Shown here piece by piece: positions 35,260 through 45,216 of a stretch of DNA of 64,000 bases. The position numbers and the translations under genes were made by a program. Position 1 is the stretch's first letter. Every line of letters starts with the position of its first letter. Source of the stretch: Escherichia phage vB_EcoM-172859UKE1. Location: the sequence record MZ234025.1; one strand, written 5' to 3'. Below the pieces are notes generated by a model. That model did no database searches, was not told where the DNA came from, and was given only the letters and a program-made list of their open reading frames with translations.

Positions 35260-35553
35260 CTATTTTATAAAGACTTTTGACGAGGCCTGAGAAACAGTAT
35301 CCCCGCATGAAATTGGGTCAGCCATTTGAACGGCCTTTTTACCGGTGACGTATACTTTAGATGTACGAGGTTCAGTAACACCTCCATGAGTCTCGTATGG
35401 TTTTTTAATTTCTGTATGAGGTGTTATTTGGTCTCCTGCCACAAGAACAGGAATACCGCCGGTGAACACTTTAGATTGGGAAGCATTTATTACAGTAGGA
35501 GGCCATGCTTCATGACCTGTTGTAACGCACTTGTCGTAACTTAAGCCAGACAT
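35260..35553 (-). CDS. 5.4: PAAR-repeat baseplate spike tip protein gp5.4
   Basis: 97 aa from MSGLSYDKC..., PAAR-type motifs, between genes 5 and 6. Confidence 0.8.
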   Translation of the reverse strand: MSGLSYDKCVTTGHEAWPPTVINASQSKVFTGGIPVLVAGDQITPHTEIKKPYETHGGVTEPRTSKVYVTGKKAVQMADPISCGDTVSQASSKVFIK

Positions 35554-35555
35554 TT

Positions 35556-36071
35556 TCACGGCCTCACATAAACATAGTTTCGTAATTGATGAGCCCATTT
35601 GCTCCAATTTCCTACTATAGTTTTTGTATAAACCTTAGTAAGAGTTTTTTGTACTGGAGCCGGTGGAGGTTCTGTACCAGAGTCACTTCTAGAACCGCCT
35701 GATGAACTTTCTTCTTGGTAGTTATAAATCATTTCAACCGTATAACTAAACACTTTACGAAGATTCTGAGGAGCTCTCCACAAATATAACTGTGTGGACT
35801 CATCTTTTGGTAAATCATCCCATGAAGATGCGGTTTCAAAATCATCATTTAATCGGTATTTCAATGCGTCCGAAGAAAAGCTAAACACACTTTCATATGT
35901 TCCATATAAACGATTACCATCTACCGTAATGCCTTGTGTCGGTTCATAATCTGTTATATTTATTGACACTAAAGTTTCGGTTGTTTCTAACTGTGGAGTA
36001 AAAAGGACGTCAATAGACGCCCCTTCCATGTCTTCTCCTAAGTCGGTATTTAAAGGAAGTATTTGTGCCAT
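35556..36071 (-). CDS. 5.1: gp5.1-like hypothetical protein
   Basis: 171-aa ORF between gene 5 and 5.4. Confidence 0.6.
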   Translation of the reverse strand: MAQILPLNTDLGEDMEGASIDVLFTPQLETTETLVSINITDYEPTQGITVDGNRLYGTYESVFSFSSDALKYRLNDDFETASSWDDLPKDESTQLYLWRAPQNLRKVFSYTVEMIYNYQEESSSGGSRSDSGTEPPPAPVQKTLTKVYTKTIVGNWSKWAHQLRNYVYVRP

Positions 36072-36074
36072 ATA

Positions 36075-37808
36075 TTACCCAATATCAATACGAGATCCGT
36101 CAACGGTGTATTGTCCTGAAGCTACTGAGCTCATTGTAGACATTGTTTCTGCCCAATCCCCGGCAACAGTCATATCAACATTACCATTAACAGTCCATTT
36201 AACGTTTCCGTTGACGGTGTAATCATGATTCCCTTCGACCTGAGTTTTAGCATCACCTTTAACAAGAATATCTGCATTTCCGTCAACAACTATTTTGATA
36301 TTACCCTTAACGTAAAGAGTTCCATCGCCTTCAACAGTTTTAGATTGGTTACCACGAATAAAGATTGTGTCATTGCCGTCTATTTGATGGAGGCGGTCTG
36401 CCATGTTATAATATATTTCATTAGCACCAACGTTAACAAGCTTATCGCCAGAAATCAAGAAGTTCCCATCGCCATTAGTGATGTCAAAAAGGTCTTCTAC
36501 AGTTTTACGAGTACGACGGCCGGATGGAGAAACTTCCTCATATGACCCTGTTGGATGAACTAAGCGATAACGTTCATTACCTGGAGTATCGTCAAATTCT
36601 TGGATATGACCACTTTCTGTTTCCATAGCATGAACGTATGGATACTCACCACGATAACTTGATTCCGGTTCTTTAAAAAGGATACGTGAATCTAATGGAA
36701 CAGGAGGACCAGCCGGGTCTTCTGGATCGGTATTTCTAGTAACTAAATCGGCACCAACTCCTGGTGAAGGTGGTGTTTTAACAGGAACACCGTATGATTC
36801 CATGTTACCTGTTAAAATAATTGTTGTTACACGTGAAGCGCGTCCTTTAGTCTGTTGGAACCATAATGAATCGCGTCCAGATTTGTATGCAGTTTTCCAA
36901 TCGCCTGCGGCCATTGCTTTAAGCATAGTATTGAATTTTGCTACACCACCAACGCCCATTTGGAAACACATGTTTTCTAATGCCATTTGACGAGACCTGT
37001 TCATTTTAGCATAAACAGGACCTACTTTAGAATTAGAACGAATGTCTTTCTGCATCTTAGCAAGGTCTTTCTCAAATAACGCTGTTGCTTCTTCTAATGT
37101 AATAGTTCCGGGATTTCCTGTTACTTCACGCCCTACTTGATCAGATAACAATTTATTAATTCGAGACATATCTCGGGTCTTTTCCATTACGATAAGGTGT
37201 CCAATACCTACTGTAGGATACCCAAGATGGTCCCAATACACTTTATCACGAAGACCTTCGTCACGACGTAACATTTCTGTTATTGTAAAATTAGGGTCGT
37301 CATCTTCTGGAATATTTGCTAAATCTGTATCGTCTGGGTTTATACCGTAATCCAAGTTGTTATCTTGAATTACGTTAGAGTTCGAATAATAACCAGCTTC
37401 ACCACCTTGGTTTAATACGTTCGTATCATTACCTAAACGTCGCGGATACTGGCCTGTCGGGTCTGAAAAACCTTCAAGTCTATTAGGCTTTTCACGTACG
37501 ATTCCGCCGTATGTACCAAGTACGATCCCGTTTGTTTTCCATTTGTCTAAGAAATGACCATATACTCGAGTTCCTTCAACAGGACCTGTAACAGAACCAC
37601 CAATACCTGACATTGATGCAGACGTAATAGGTTGAATAACAGTCATCCATGGAAGTTTTTCTGTAGGAATACCTTGTACATCACCTTGTGCTCTCTGTGC
37701 CGGATGAAGACCAACGACTCGAACTCGAACTCGCCCTTGTTTTAATGGGTCCATTCTGTCTTCGACAACACCCACGAACCAATTAAGACTACTGCTAATC
37801 ATTTCCAT
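36075..37808 (-). CDS. 5: Baseplate hub subunit and tail lysozyme gp5
   Basis: 577 aa; lysozyme domain plus C-terminal beta-helix VxGxxxxx repeats. Confidence 0.95.
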   Translation of the reverse strand: MEMISSSLNWFVGVVEDRMDPLKQGRVRVRVVGLHPAQRAQGDVQGIPTEKLPWMTVIQPITSASMSGIGGSVTGPVEGTRVYGHFLDKWKTNGIVLGTYGGIVREKPNRLEGFSDPTGQYPRRLGNDTNVLNQGGEAGYYSNSNVIQDNNLDYGINPDDTDLANIPEDDDPNFTITEMLRRDEGLRDKVYWDHLGYPTVGIGHLIVMEKTRDMSRINKLLSDQVGREVTGNPGTITLEEATALFEKDLAKMQKDIRSNSKVGPVYAKMNRSRQMALENMCFQMGVGGVAKFNTMLKAMAAGDWKTAYKSGRDSLWFQQTKGRASRVTTIILTGNMESYGVPVKTPPSPGVGADLVTRNTDPEDPAGPPVPLDSRILFKEPESSYRGEYPYVHAMETESGHIQEFDDTPGNERYRLVHPTGSYEEVSPSGRRTRKTVEDLFDITNGDGNFLISGDKLVNVGANEIYYNMADRLHQIDGNDTIFIRGNQSKTVEGDGTLYVKGNIKIVVDGNADILVKGDAKTQVEGNHDYTVNGNVKWTVNGNVDMTVAGDWAETMSTMSSVASGQYTVDGSRIDIG

Positions 37809-38383
37809 TATGCAATCTCCATCTCACGAATCAAATCTGTGATAAACGAGTTTATATCTTCTTTTGCAACAATTTTTATTTTACGAAGTTTTTCATTATC
37901 TAATACTGCCGCTTCATAAGTATCTACCGCAGCTAAAGGTCCTTTATATTGCGGATACTTACGAGCTTCATCACCTTTATCGTACCACACTAAAGGCTCA
38001 TCCGGATATGAAACCAAATTGTAAAATTTCTCACGGTTCTCGTTAATATGATAAAGAATTTGGTCGCCGCCTGCATTAGCATATTTCTGAATAGAAGCTT
38101 GATACGCTGCTTCCTGAGATGTAATCCAACCATAATACGGGTCGTAGTTGTCATTACACATCAAAAGGACCCAGTATAATTGAGGGTTGCCATAAATGAT
38201 ATTCGCTAGTTCTTCAGGACGCGGAGAGCCTTTAATATAATAAGAACGTAATCTATAATTGGCAGCAACACGCTTAAAGTACTCTTTATAGTTACGAAAT
38301 ATGTCTGTCATAGGAATAGTAGGTGCATTCTTATCAACTGTTTTAGCACTATATCCTATTGGGTCGAAGAATGTAAATAACAA
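37808..38383 (-). CDS. 53: Baseplate wedge subunit gp53
   Basis: 191 aa, upstream of gene 5. Confidence 0.85.
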   Translation of the reverse strand: MLFTFFDPIGYSAKTVDKNAPTIPMTDIFRNYKEYFKRVAANYRLRSYYIKGSPRPEELANIIYGNPQLYWVLLMCNDNYDPYYGWITSQEAAYQASIQKYANAGGDQILYHINENREKFYNLVSYPDEPLVWYDKGDEARKYPQYKGPLAAVDTYEAAVLDNEKLRKIKIVAKEDINSFITDLIREMEIA

Positions 38384-38410
38384 GATAGTCTCCTTCCAAT
38401 ATGAAATTGG

Positions 38411-38418
38411 TATAAATA
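38411..38418 (+). promoter_or_regulatory. T4-type late promoter box TATAAATA (for gene 4)
   Basis: Exact TATAAATA upstream of AGGAGG SD and ATG 38445. Confidence 0.6.
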
Positions 38419-38427
38419 ATAATACTA

Positions 38428-38435
38428 TTTATAAG
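38428..38435 (-). promoter_or_regulatory. T4-type late promoter box TATAAATA (for gene 53)
   Basis: Exact TATAAATA on minus strand in the divergent 53/4 intergenic region. Confidence 0.6.
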
Positions 38436-38444
38436 GAGGACAAC

Positions 38445-38894
38445 ATGGCCTACTCTGGTAAATGGGTCCCAAAAAATTTAAAAAAATACCGTGGAGACCA
38501 TACCAAAATAACGTATCGTTCAAACTGGGAAAAATTCTTTTTCGAATGGTTGGATAAAAATCCAGAAATTATTGCATGGGGTAGTGAAACAGCAGTAATT
38601 CCATATTTTTGTAATGCTGAAGGTAAGAAACGTCGATACTATATGGACATATGGATGAAAGATGCATCAGGTCAAGAGTTCTTTGTAGAAATAAAACCAA
38701 AGAAAGAAACTCAGCCACCTATTAAGCCTGCAAATCTTACTACCGCAGCAAAGAAACGTTATATGAATGAAATATATACCTGGTCTGTGAACTGCGACAA
38801 ATGGAAAGCTGCCTCAGCTGTTGCTGAAAAGAGAAATATAAAATTTCGAGTTCTAACCGAAGATGGTCTTAGAAAACTCGGATACAAGGGGTAA
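38445..38894 (+). CDS. 4: Head completion protein gp4
   Basis: 149 aa from ATG 38445 (strong AGGAGG SD); the ORF-track start at 38301 spans the promoter. Confidence 0.85.
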   Translation: MAYSGKWVPKNLKKYRGDHTKITYRSNWEKFFFEWLDKNPEIIAWGSETAVIPYFCNAEGKKRRYYMDIWMKDASGQEFFVEIKPKKETQPPIKPANLTTAAKKRYMNEIYTWSVNCDKWKAASAVAEKRNIKFRVLTEDGLRKLGYKG

Positions 38895-38896
38895 TT

Positions 38897-39718
38897 ATGA
38901 GCATATTCCAAATTATATCTGAAGGCGTACAAGCCCCTAAGATTGCTCAGTCTATGAATGAAAGAAAATGGATTGAGATAGGATTAGAATACAAGAAAGC
39001 TAAAGAGAAAGGAATCACTGCAAAAGCATTTGCAGAATCAAAAGGAATAAAATACTCGTCGTTTACATCTGCAATGTCTAGATATGCATCATCTATTAAA
39101 ACTGCACAGAAAATTGAAACGCTTGAATCTAAACCTAAAAATAAACTCAATAAGCAAGAACGTCAACTTCTGATGATAAACTCGTTTCGCAGTTCAATAC
39201 GAGAAAAGATTAGAAATGAAGGCGCAGCAGTAAACAATAAATCATCTAAGTGGTTTGTTGAAACAATTAAGAAAAGTGTAAAAGGTCATAAAGTAGTCAA
39301 GCCTACGCCAGGCAAAATTTATACTTACGTGTATGATGCTAAACATAAAGATACTCTGCCGTATTGGGACAGATATCCTTTGATTATTTATTTAGGATTA
39401 GGTAAACATAATTTGATGTATGGGTTAAACTTGCACTATATCCCACCTAAAGCACGACAACAGTTTCTTGAAGAATTGCTGAAGCAATATGCTAGCACAA
39501 CCACTATTACTAATAACACAAAGTTGAAGATAGACTGGAGCAAGGTGAAAGGATTTCAAGGTGCTGACAAAATGATTAAAGCATACCTGCCAGGCCACAT
39601 TAGAGGAACAATAACAGAAATAGCTCCTAAAGACTGGGCTAACATAATCATGTTACCTACTCAGCAGTTTATGTCAAAAGGAAAACGTTTCTCTGCGAAT
39701 ACTGTTTGGAAATCTTAA
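38897..39718 (+). CDS. 2: DNA end protector protein gp2
   Basis: 273 aa, as T4 gp2. Confidence 0.85.
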   Translation: MSIFQIISEGVQAPKIAQSMNERKWIEIGLEYKKAKEKGITAKAFAESKGIKYSSFTSAMSRYASSIKTAQKIETLESKPKNKLNKQERQLLMINSFRSSIREKIRNEGAAVNNKSSKWFVETIKKSVKGHKVVKPTPGKIYTYVYDAKHKDTLPYWDRYPLIIYLGLGKHNLMYGLNLHYIPPKARQQFLEELLKQYASTTTITNNTKLKIDWSKVKGFQGADKMIKAYLPGHIRGTITEIAPKDWANIIMLPTQQFMSKGKRFSANTVWKS

Positions 39719-39820
39719 TTCTATTCTCTTCCGTTCTTCTGATATTCTGTTGAACCGGATTAATGGAAGAGACCTAAAACCATTATACTGCATTTTTATT
39801 AAAGCGTTTTTGAGGTGCTT

Positions 39821-40405
39821 ATGACTCGTCCAGCGAGACAGATTTTTAACCAAACAAATATAACAAACTTTGTTGTGGATATCCCAGATAGTACACGAAC
39901 TTCAGGTTTTGTGCTCAATGCCCAAACGGCTCCATTGCCAGGTGTGAGAATTCCTGTTGTTGAAACTGTGACAGGCACGATGGGGTTAGGACGTGCAATG
40001 CGCGCAGGCACTACATTTGAATATGACCCTTTTATTGTACGCTTTATAGTTGATGAAGACATGACGTCCTGGATGAACATGTATAAATGGATGCTCAGCA
40101 CTAATAACTATATAACCGGTCATAATACAGCCCACTCCGATGGTCCTGAGTTTGTTACTTTGCACATTTTAAACAACAATAAGACTGAAGTAGTTTTGAC
40201 GGCGAATTTCTATAAACCATGGATTTCTGATTTGAGTGAAATTGAATTTAGTTACACTGAAGACTCTGACCCTGCCGTTACGTGCGTAGCAACTATTCAC
40301 TATGCGTATATGACGATAGAAAAAGATGGTGAAGTCATTGTATCTCAACAACCACGTCAAACGGTCGAATCTAAATCCATTTCTAGACACCCTTCCTTGC
40401 GTTAA
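39821..40405 (+). CDS. 3: Tail completion and sheath stabilizer protein gp3
   Basis: About 194 aa from ATG 39821; position between 2 and 1. Confidence 0.8.
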   Translation: MTRPARQIFNQTNITNFVVDIPDSTRTSGFVLNAQTAPLPGVRIPVVETVTGTMGLGRAMRAGTTFEYDPFIVRFIVDEDMTSWMNMYKWMLSTNNYITGHNTAHSDGPEFVTLHILNNNKTEVVLTANFYKPWISDLSEIEFSYTEDSDPAVTCVATIHYAYMTIEKDGEVIVSQQPRQTVESKSISRHPSLR

Positions 40406-40458
40406 TCGCTTCTAGCTCCGTATGTTATAATCACTCATAAATTATATGAGGAAAACCT

Positions 40459-41193
40459 ATGGAGCTAATCTTTTTAAGTGGCATCAAACGTAGTGGCAAA
40501 GATACTACTGCTGATTACATCAATTCAAACTTTAAATCCGTAAAATACCAATTGGCATATCCGATTAAAGACGCTCTAGCAATAGCCTGGGGGCGTAAAC
40601 ATGCTGAAAACCCTGATGTATTCACCGAGTTGAAATACGAATACTTTGAAGGCATTGGATACGACCGTGAAACACCATTAAATCTCAATAAGTTGGATGT
40701 TATTGAATTATTGGAAGAAGCGCTAATTTATTTGCAAAGTCAATATTTACCGATTAATAATGTTAAAGTATTATCATCGTTAGAAGGTGGATATTCGTAT
40801 CTAGATATTAAACCATATGAAGCCCTGCGTGAAGCTATAAATAATATCAACGACACATGGTCAATCCGCCGTCTTATGCAAGCCCTCGGTACGGATGTTG
40901 TCGTTAATTTATTTGACCGTATGTATTGGGTTAAGCTTTTTGCATTAAACTATATGGATTATATTGGAAGTGATTTCGATTACTATGTTGTAACCGATAC
41001 ACGTCAAGTCCATGAAATGGAAACCGCTAGAGCGATGGGTGCTACAGTTATTCATGTGGTTCGCTCTGGTACGGAATCCACCGATAAACATATTACAGAA
41101 GCTGGGTTGCCTATTGAAGAAGGCGATTTAGTTATTACAAACGACGGCTCTTTAGAAGAGCTTTATTCTAAAATTGAAACAATCTTAAGGTAA
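40459..41193 (+). CDS. 1: Deoxynucleoside monophosphate kinase gp1
   Basis: 244 aa; P-loop GIKRSGKDT; matches recalled T4 dNMP kinase N-terminus. Confidence 0.9.
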   Translation: MELIFLSGIKRSGKDTTADYINSNFKSVKYQLAYPIKDALAIAWGRKHAENPDVFTELKYEYFEGIGYDRETPLNLNKLDVIELLEEALIYLQSQYLPINNVKVLSSLEGGYSYLDIKPYEALREAINNINDTWSIRRLMQALGTDVVVNLFDRMYWVKLFALNYMDYIGSDFDYYVVTDTRQVHEMETARAMGATVIHVVRSGTESTDKHITEAGLPIEEGDLVITNDGSLEELYSKIETILR

Positions 41194-41197
41194 TAAA

Positions 41198-41883
<686 letters not shown>

Positions 41884-41896
41884 TTTTCACAAAACA

Positions 41897-41926
41897 GTTT
41901 ACATAAGGATGATGGTGTGTTACTAT
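41897..41926 (+). promoter_or_regulatory. Early promoter with embedded inverted repeat
   Basis: GTTTAC at 41897-41902, 18-nt spacer, TACTAT at 41921-41926; inverted repeat GGATGAT/ATCATCC flanks the -10. Confidence 0.6.
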
Positions 41927-41960
41927 CATCCTATCAAATAAACAACCTCAAGGAAATAAA

Positions 41961-42248
41961 ATGAAAACTTATCAAGAGTTTATATCACCTATTGCTAACG
42001 TTTCTACTCTGACCGAAGCAACCCTTACTTCCGAAGTTATTAAAGCAAATAAAGGACGTGAGGGTAAACCAATGATTAGTCTGGCTGACGGCGAAGAAGT
42101 AAAAGGTACTGTTTACTTAGGGGATGGATGGTCTGCTAAGAAAGACGGCGCTACTATTGTTATCTCTCCGGCTGAAGAGACCGCACTGTTTAAAGCTAAG
42201 CATATTTCTGTAGCTCAGCTTAAAATTATTGCAAAAACTCTTCTGTAA
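41961..42248 (+). CDS. ipI: Internal protein I-like (capsid-targeted, DNA co-injected)
   Basis: 95 aa (length of T4 IPI precursor); N-terminal capsid targeting sequence MKTYQEFI...LTE; position after 57B. Confidence 0.65.
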   Translation: MKTYQEFISPIANVSTLTEATLTSEVIKANKGREGKPMISLADGEEVKGTVYLGDGWSAKKDGATIVISPAEETALFKAKHISVAQLKIIAKTLL

Positions 42249-42251
42249 GTA

Positions 42252-42281
42252 GTTTACACGCTGATAGGACTATGTTATAGT
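42252..42281 (+). promoter_or_regulatory. Early promoter within palindromic cassette
   Basis: GTTTAC at 42252-42257, 18-nt spacer, TGtTATAGT; lies in the 28-bp palindrome GATAGGACTAtgttatagTAGTCCTATC. Confidence 0.6.
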
Positions 42282-42290
42282 AGTCCTATC
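42263..42290 (+). repeat. 28-bp palindromic promoter element (copy 1 of 4)
   Basis: Identical to 49071..49098 and 61235..61262; one mismatch at 50635..50662; truncated copy at 45981..46000. Confidence 0.85.
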
Positions 42291-42318
42291 AAAACAAATG
42301 AGTAAATGGAGAAATAAA

Positions 42319-42504
42319 ATGAAACGCGCTGAACTGATTCGTAATGTTGCTGTAGTAATTGCTTCAATGGCTTTTAGTTTTTCGATGTTTGTAGGATTCA
42401 TTTGTGGACTACTGACAACAACTGAAAACTCTAACTCATTGGTAGTAGCATTTCTAATCGGCTTAATCGCTATCGTTATGGATAAAATTGCAAAAGGTGA
42501 GTAA
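42319..42504 (+). CDS. Small membrane protein (61 aa, two predicted TM helices)
   Basis: ATG 42319 preceded by GGAG; hydrophobic segments VAVVIASMAFSFSMFVGFICGLL and LVVAFLIGLIAIVM. Confidence 0.55.
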   Translation: MKRAELIRNVAVVIASMAFSFSMFVGFICGLLTTTENSNSLVVAFLIGLIAIVMDKIAKGE

Positions 42505-42505
42505 A

Positions 42506-42868
42506 ATGAAATATCACGTATATGCGGATTTTGAAGCAAATCCTTCTAAAGACCCTGATTGTCGTTTGATACGCAGACCATTTGATTCGGCAGCTCAAGC
42601 ATGGGCTTGGATTAAAACTTGTACTCCTTCTTACATTTTCTTTGAAGTGGTAGACGATAACGGTGTTCTGCATCCAGAACCCACAGAAACTATTAATTTC
42701 CTTCTGTTTGCTGGTTACGACTGTTATCCTCTTGGCGGTATCGATGATCTTGTTGCTACAGGAAAAACTGTTGAAGCTCTTCGCGAAATTTATAAAAACG
42801 CGGAAGAAAATTTTGACTGGTATCATATTGTTGATGCTCATACCTTTGAAGTGGTGGAACACTCATGA
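42506..42868 (+). CDS. Hypothetical protein (120 aa)
   Basis: ORF with GGTGAG SD, tightly packed in operon. Confidence 0.55.
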   Translation: MKYHVYADFEANPSKDPDCRLIRRPFDSAAQAWAWIKTCTPSYIFFEVVDDNGVLHPEPTETINFLLFAGYDCYPLGGIDDLVATGKTVEALREIYKNAEENFDWYHIVDAHTFEVVEHS

Positions 42869-43155
42869 TTCTTTATGCTAAAGTAAAATCTGTCGAGAAT
42901 GGATATGAAAGCGATCAACGTGCAGCTAAAGCACTAGTCGATGACTACGGTATTCTGACTAACTTTGAGGTTGAAAAGGTTTATATCGACCGTTCATCTT
43001 CACAGGTTAAATTACTCTGCGAAGACAATAAATTTAACACAGTTAACTTTGATTTCTTTATTGAAACAGAAAAAGGCCCTCTTGAATATGATATTTTCAA
43101 GAATCCTTTGAAATTACGTTGCATTGAATATAATTACATTAATATGGTACGGTGA
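42865..43155 (+). CDS. Hypothetical protein (96 aa)
   Basis: ATGA start/stop overlap with upstream ORF. Confidence 0.55.
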   Translation: MILYAKVKSVENGYESDQRAAKALVDDYGILTNFEVEKVYIDRSSSQVKLLCEDNKFNTVNFDFFIETEKGPLEYDIFKNPLKLRCIEYNYINMVR

Positions 43156-43159
43156 GTAA

Positions 43160-43675
43160 ATGAATATTTGTTTAGGCAGTACAATTCCTAAGGGTTACGT
43201 AATTGATGTCACTACTTGGGAAAATGACGGCGACAACTATAAAACCAAAACATTATTTGGTGTGGAAGAGCATGAGCTCCAACAGTTTAAATATCTCTTG
43301 AAGAAATTTAAGAGTCGTCATTCTAGCACTAAAGCTGAACGTTACTGTGGTAATACACCATTCAGTGATTGCTCGCTTTTAATCTATGAATACTTGGTTG
43401 AAGGACTGTTCTCAGACCAGCTTTATCCAGAATTCATTAAAAAGGTCTTTGGTATTGAAGTCGACCTTGGTGATAAATCTGAAGAAGACGAAGCCCGCGT
43501 ATTCGACCTGTTCTTTGTGAAAGGCGATGAGATATCTCAAGGACTTATTGATATTCTTGGCTATGCTTCTGAATACTACGACTATGATTTCTTGCGTGTA
43601 GTTGAACGTGTTGAATTCGCTTATATTGAAGAAGAAATTGTTTTGCCAACTGTTAAAATGATTGATTTGCTTTAA
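43160..43675 (+). CDS. Hypothetical protein (171 aa)
   Basis: ORF with GGTGAG SD; acidic C-terminal half. Confidence 0.55.
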   Translation: MNICLGSTIPKGYVIDVTTWENDGDNYKTKTLFGVEEHELQQFKYLLKKFKSRHSSTKAERYCGNTPFSDCSLLIYEYLVEGLFSDQLYPEFIKKVFGIEVDLGDKSEEDEARVFDLFFVKGDEISQGLIDILGYASEYYDYDFLRVVERVEFAYIEEEIVLPTVKMIDLL

Positions 43676-43754
43676 GAATTATGTGGTATTATTAATTCAT
43701 ACCCTCTATTACCAAAGGTGCTCTAAAGTGCCTTTCATAATAGAAAGTTATTTA

Positions 43755-43829
43755 GGCCCTGTAGCTCAATGGGAGAGCTGTCAGCTCATAACTGATAGGT
43801 AGCTGGATCGAAACCAGCCAGGGTCACCA
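43755..43829 (+). tRNA. tRNA-Met (anticodon CAT; could be initiator, elongator or lysidine-modified Ile2)
   Basis: Hand-folded cloverleaf: 7-bp acceptor stem, D arm GCTC/GAGC, anticodon loop CTCATAA, T arm GCTGG/CCAGC, encoded CCA; T-loop ATCGAAA is atypical. Confidence 0.75.
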
Positions 43830-43832
43830 ATC

Positions 43833-43909
<77 letters not shown>

Positions 43910-43927
43910 ACTTTAAGTGAGGAAAAT

Positions 43928-44272
43928 ATGAAAGGCAATATTTATCTGGTAGTTCATGACTTAACGTTTTATTTTAACGAACGTGAAACAGTTATTTCCG
44001 ACCGGTTGATTAATTCGTTATATCAACACGCTGATTACGTTTATTTCCAAAATGAATTTGGCCATTGGAAGTTTCTTAAAAACCGTTCAGGGTTAACTAG
44101 TTTTGAATACTTTGACCGTAAAGACCTTTTAAACGAAATTCCATTACAACATCGGTTCCAGAAACGCGAATCACTATACTATTGTCGTCATATACCAAAT
44201 GCTGAATGTGTTAATGAAGCGATTAATCTATGGCGGCGGCGTCGAGAGCAAATTGATGATATGCCAAAATAA
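43928..44272 (+). CDS. Hypothetical protein (114 aa)
   Basis: ATG 43928 after GAGG SD, just downstream of the tRNAs; the ORF-track start at 43880 would overlap tRNA-Arg. Confidence 0.55.
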   Translation: MKGNIYLVVHDLTFYFNERETVISDRLINSLYQHADYVYFQNEFGHWKFLKNRSGLTSFEYFDRKDLLNEIPLQHRFQKRESLYYCRHIPNAECVNEAINLWRRRREQIDDMPK

Positions 44273-44273
44273 G

Positions 44274-44583
44274 AAGCCGGGTCGCTACCGGCAAGTCGTC
44301 GGACTGATGTTCCCTGAGTAAGGACTGGTCTTAATAAATCTTTACGATTTGTTAATATCCCCTTACATCACAGCAGAAACGGCGCACCGAATTATCGATT
44401 CGAGGAAATATCTTTGCCGTAAGCCGAGTAGCGTTTTTGACGGAACGTTCGGATATGGTCGAGATATGGCCTTTTAAAAATATTGAGTAGCGTCAACTGC
44501 TTAATAACCGGGTTCGAATCCCGGCGTTTCGTACAAACACTTGCCTTAGCAGGTGGAACCCCGACAAGGTTGCCGCAAGGCTT
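44274..44583 (+). ncRNA. Candidate stable noncoding RNA region next to the tRNA genes
   Basis: About 310 nt without a credible ORF, GC-richer than surroundings, tRNA-like T-arm CCGGG-TTCGAAT-CCCGG at 44508-44524, ends at a strong terminator; analogous to T4 stable RNAs by position. Confidence 0.3.
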
Positions 44584-44612
44584 AGCCCCTTCCGAAAGGT
44601 CGGGGCTTTTTG
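44584..44612 (+). terminator. Rho-independent terminator
   Basis: AGCCCC...GGGGCT hairpin followed by TTTTT; near-identical copy at 60733. Confidence 0.7.
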
Positions 44613-44656
44613 GCATAATAATAAATAGATAAGTTAATTAACTTAGGAAAAGCAAC

Positions 44657-45121
44657 ATGAAATCATACGCTGAATTTTTGACTGAACAATCTAGTTCAGA
44701 TGTAAAAGCCGCTGCGATTGCAGCAATTCAAGCAGGTAAATATTCTTACAAAGACGCCTCTGATGAAGAACGTTTCCGTTTTATTAGAGATTTTAAAGCC
44801 GAAGGTTTTACTAATGCTAATACTGTTAGCCGAGTTTTTAAAAGCCTAGCTGCATCAGGTGAATTGTTCCAGAAAGCTACAGGTAAAGCACCTGCGCCAA
44901 AAACAGACCCTAAAGCAGCTCAAGAAAAAAATATCGCCAAAGGAATTATTTCTAAGTATGAAGCAATTCTTAAAGAGCTTTTAGTAATCAAAACAGAAGG
45001 CCAGAAACTGGCACGAGCACATAGCTTCAAAGATAATCCTCACGCTCATAGCCTTGAGTATGTTGAAGATATCCAAAAACTTATTAAAGACCGTATCTGG
45101 TCTGCTAAACAAATTAAATAA
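44657..45121 (+). CDS. Internal-protein-like protein with CTS-like N-terminus (154 aa)
   Basis: N-terminus MKSYAEFLTE resembles the T4 capsid targeting sequence MKTYQEFIAE. Confidence 0.55.
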   Translation: MKSYAEFLTEQSSSDVKAAAIAAIQAGKYSYKDASDEERFRFIRDFKAEGFTNANTVSRVFKSLAASGELFQKATGKAPAPKTDPKAAQEKNIAKGIISKYEAILKELLVIKTEGQKLARAHSFKDNPHAHSLEYVEDIQKLIKDRIWSAKQIK

Positions 45122-45126
45122 TAGAA

Positions 45127-45155
45127 TGCCCCTTCCTTATGGTTGGGGCCTTTTG
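45127..45155 (+). terminator. Rho-independent terminator
   Basis: GCCCC...GGGGC hairpin followed by a T-rich run. Confidence 0.6.
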
Positions 45156-45187
45156 GTATCTAGGGCATAAAAATATTTCATAAAGAT

Positions 45188-45216
45188 GTTTACTTCTTCT
45201 AAGGACATGATACTAT
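45188..45216 (+). promoter_or_regulatory. Early promoter
   Basis: GTTTAC at 45188-45193, 17-nt spacer, TACTAT at 45211-45216. Confidence 0.55.

Noticed and set aside
35260-35607. Long form (115 aa) of the PAAR ORF and long form (676 aa) of gene 6
   Set aside because: The extended N-termini overlap the upstream genes and are absent from the recalled T4 proteins; internal starts (35553 and 35251) give T4-like lengths.
42298-42321. Upstream in-frame ATGs used by the ORF track (42298, 49106, 50405; also 38301, 45745, 60759)
   Set aside because: These ATGs sit inside the conserved promoter/RBS cassette (AAATGAGTAAATGGAG...) upstream of the GGAG SD, or span promoters and terminators; the downstream ATG with proper SD spacing is the likely start.
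44392-44616. 74-aa minus-strand ORF in the tRNA-adjacent region
   Set aside because: It runs through the plus-strand terminator hairpin and the tRNA-like T-arm and has no SD; the region is more plausibly non-coding RNA.
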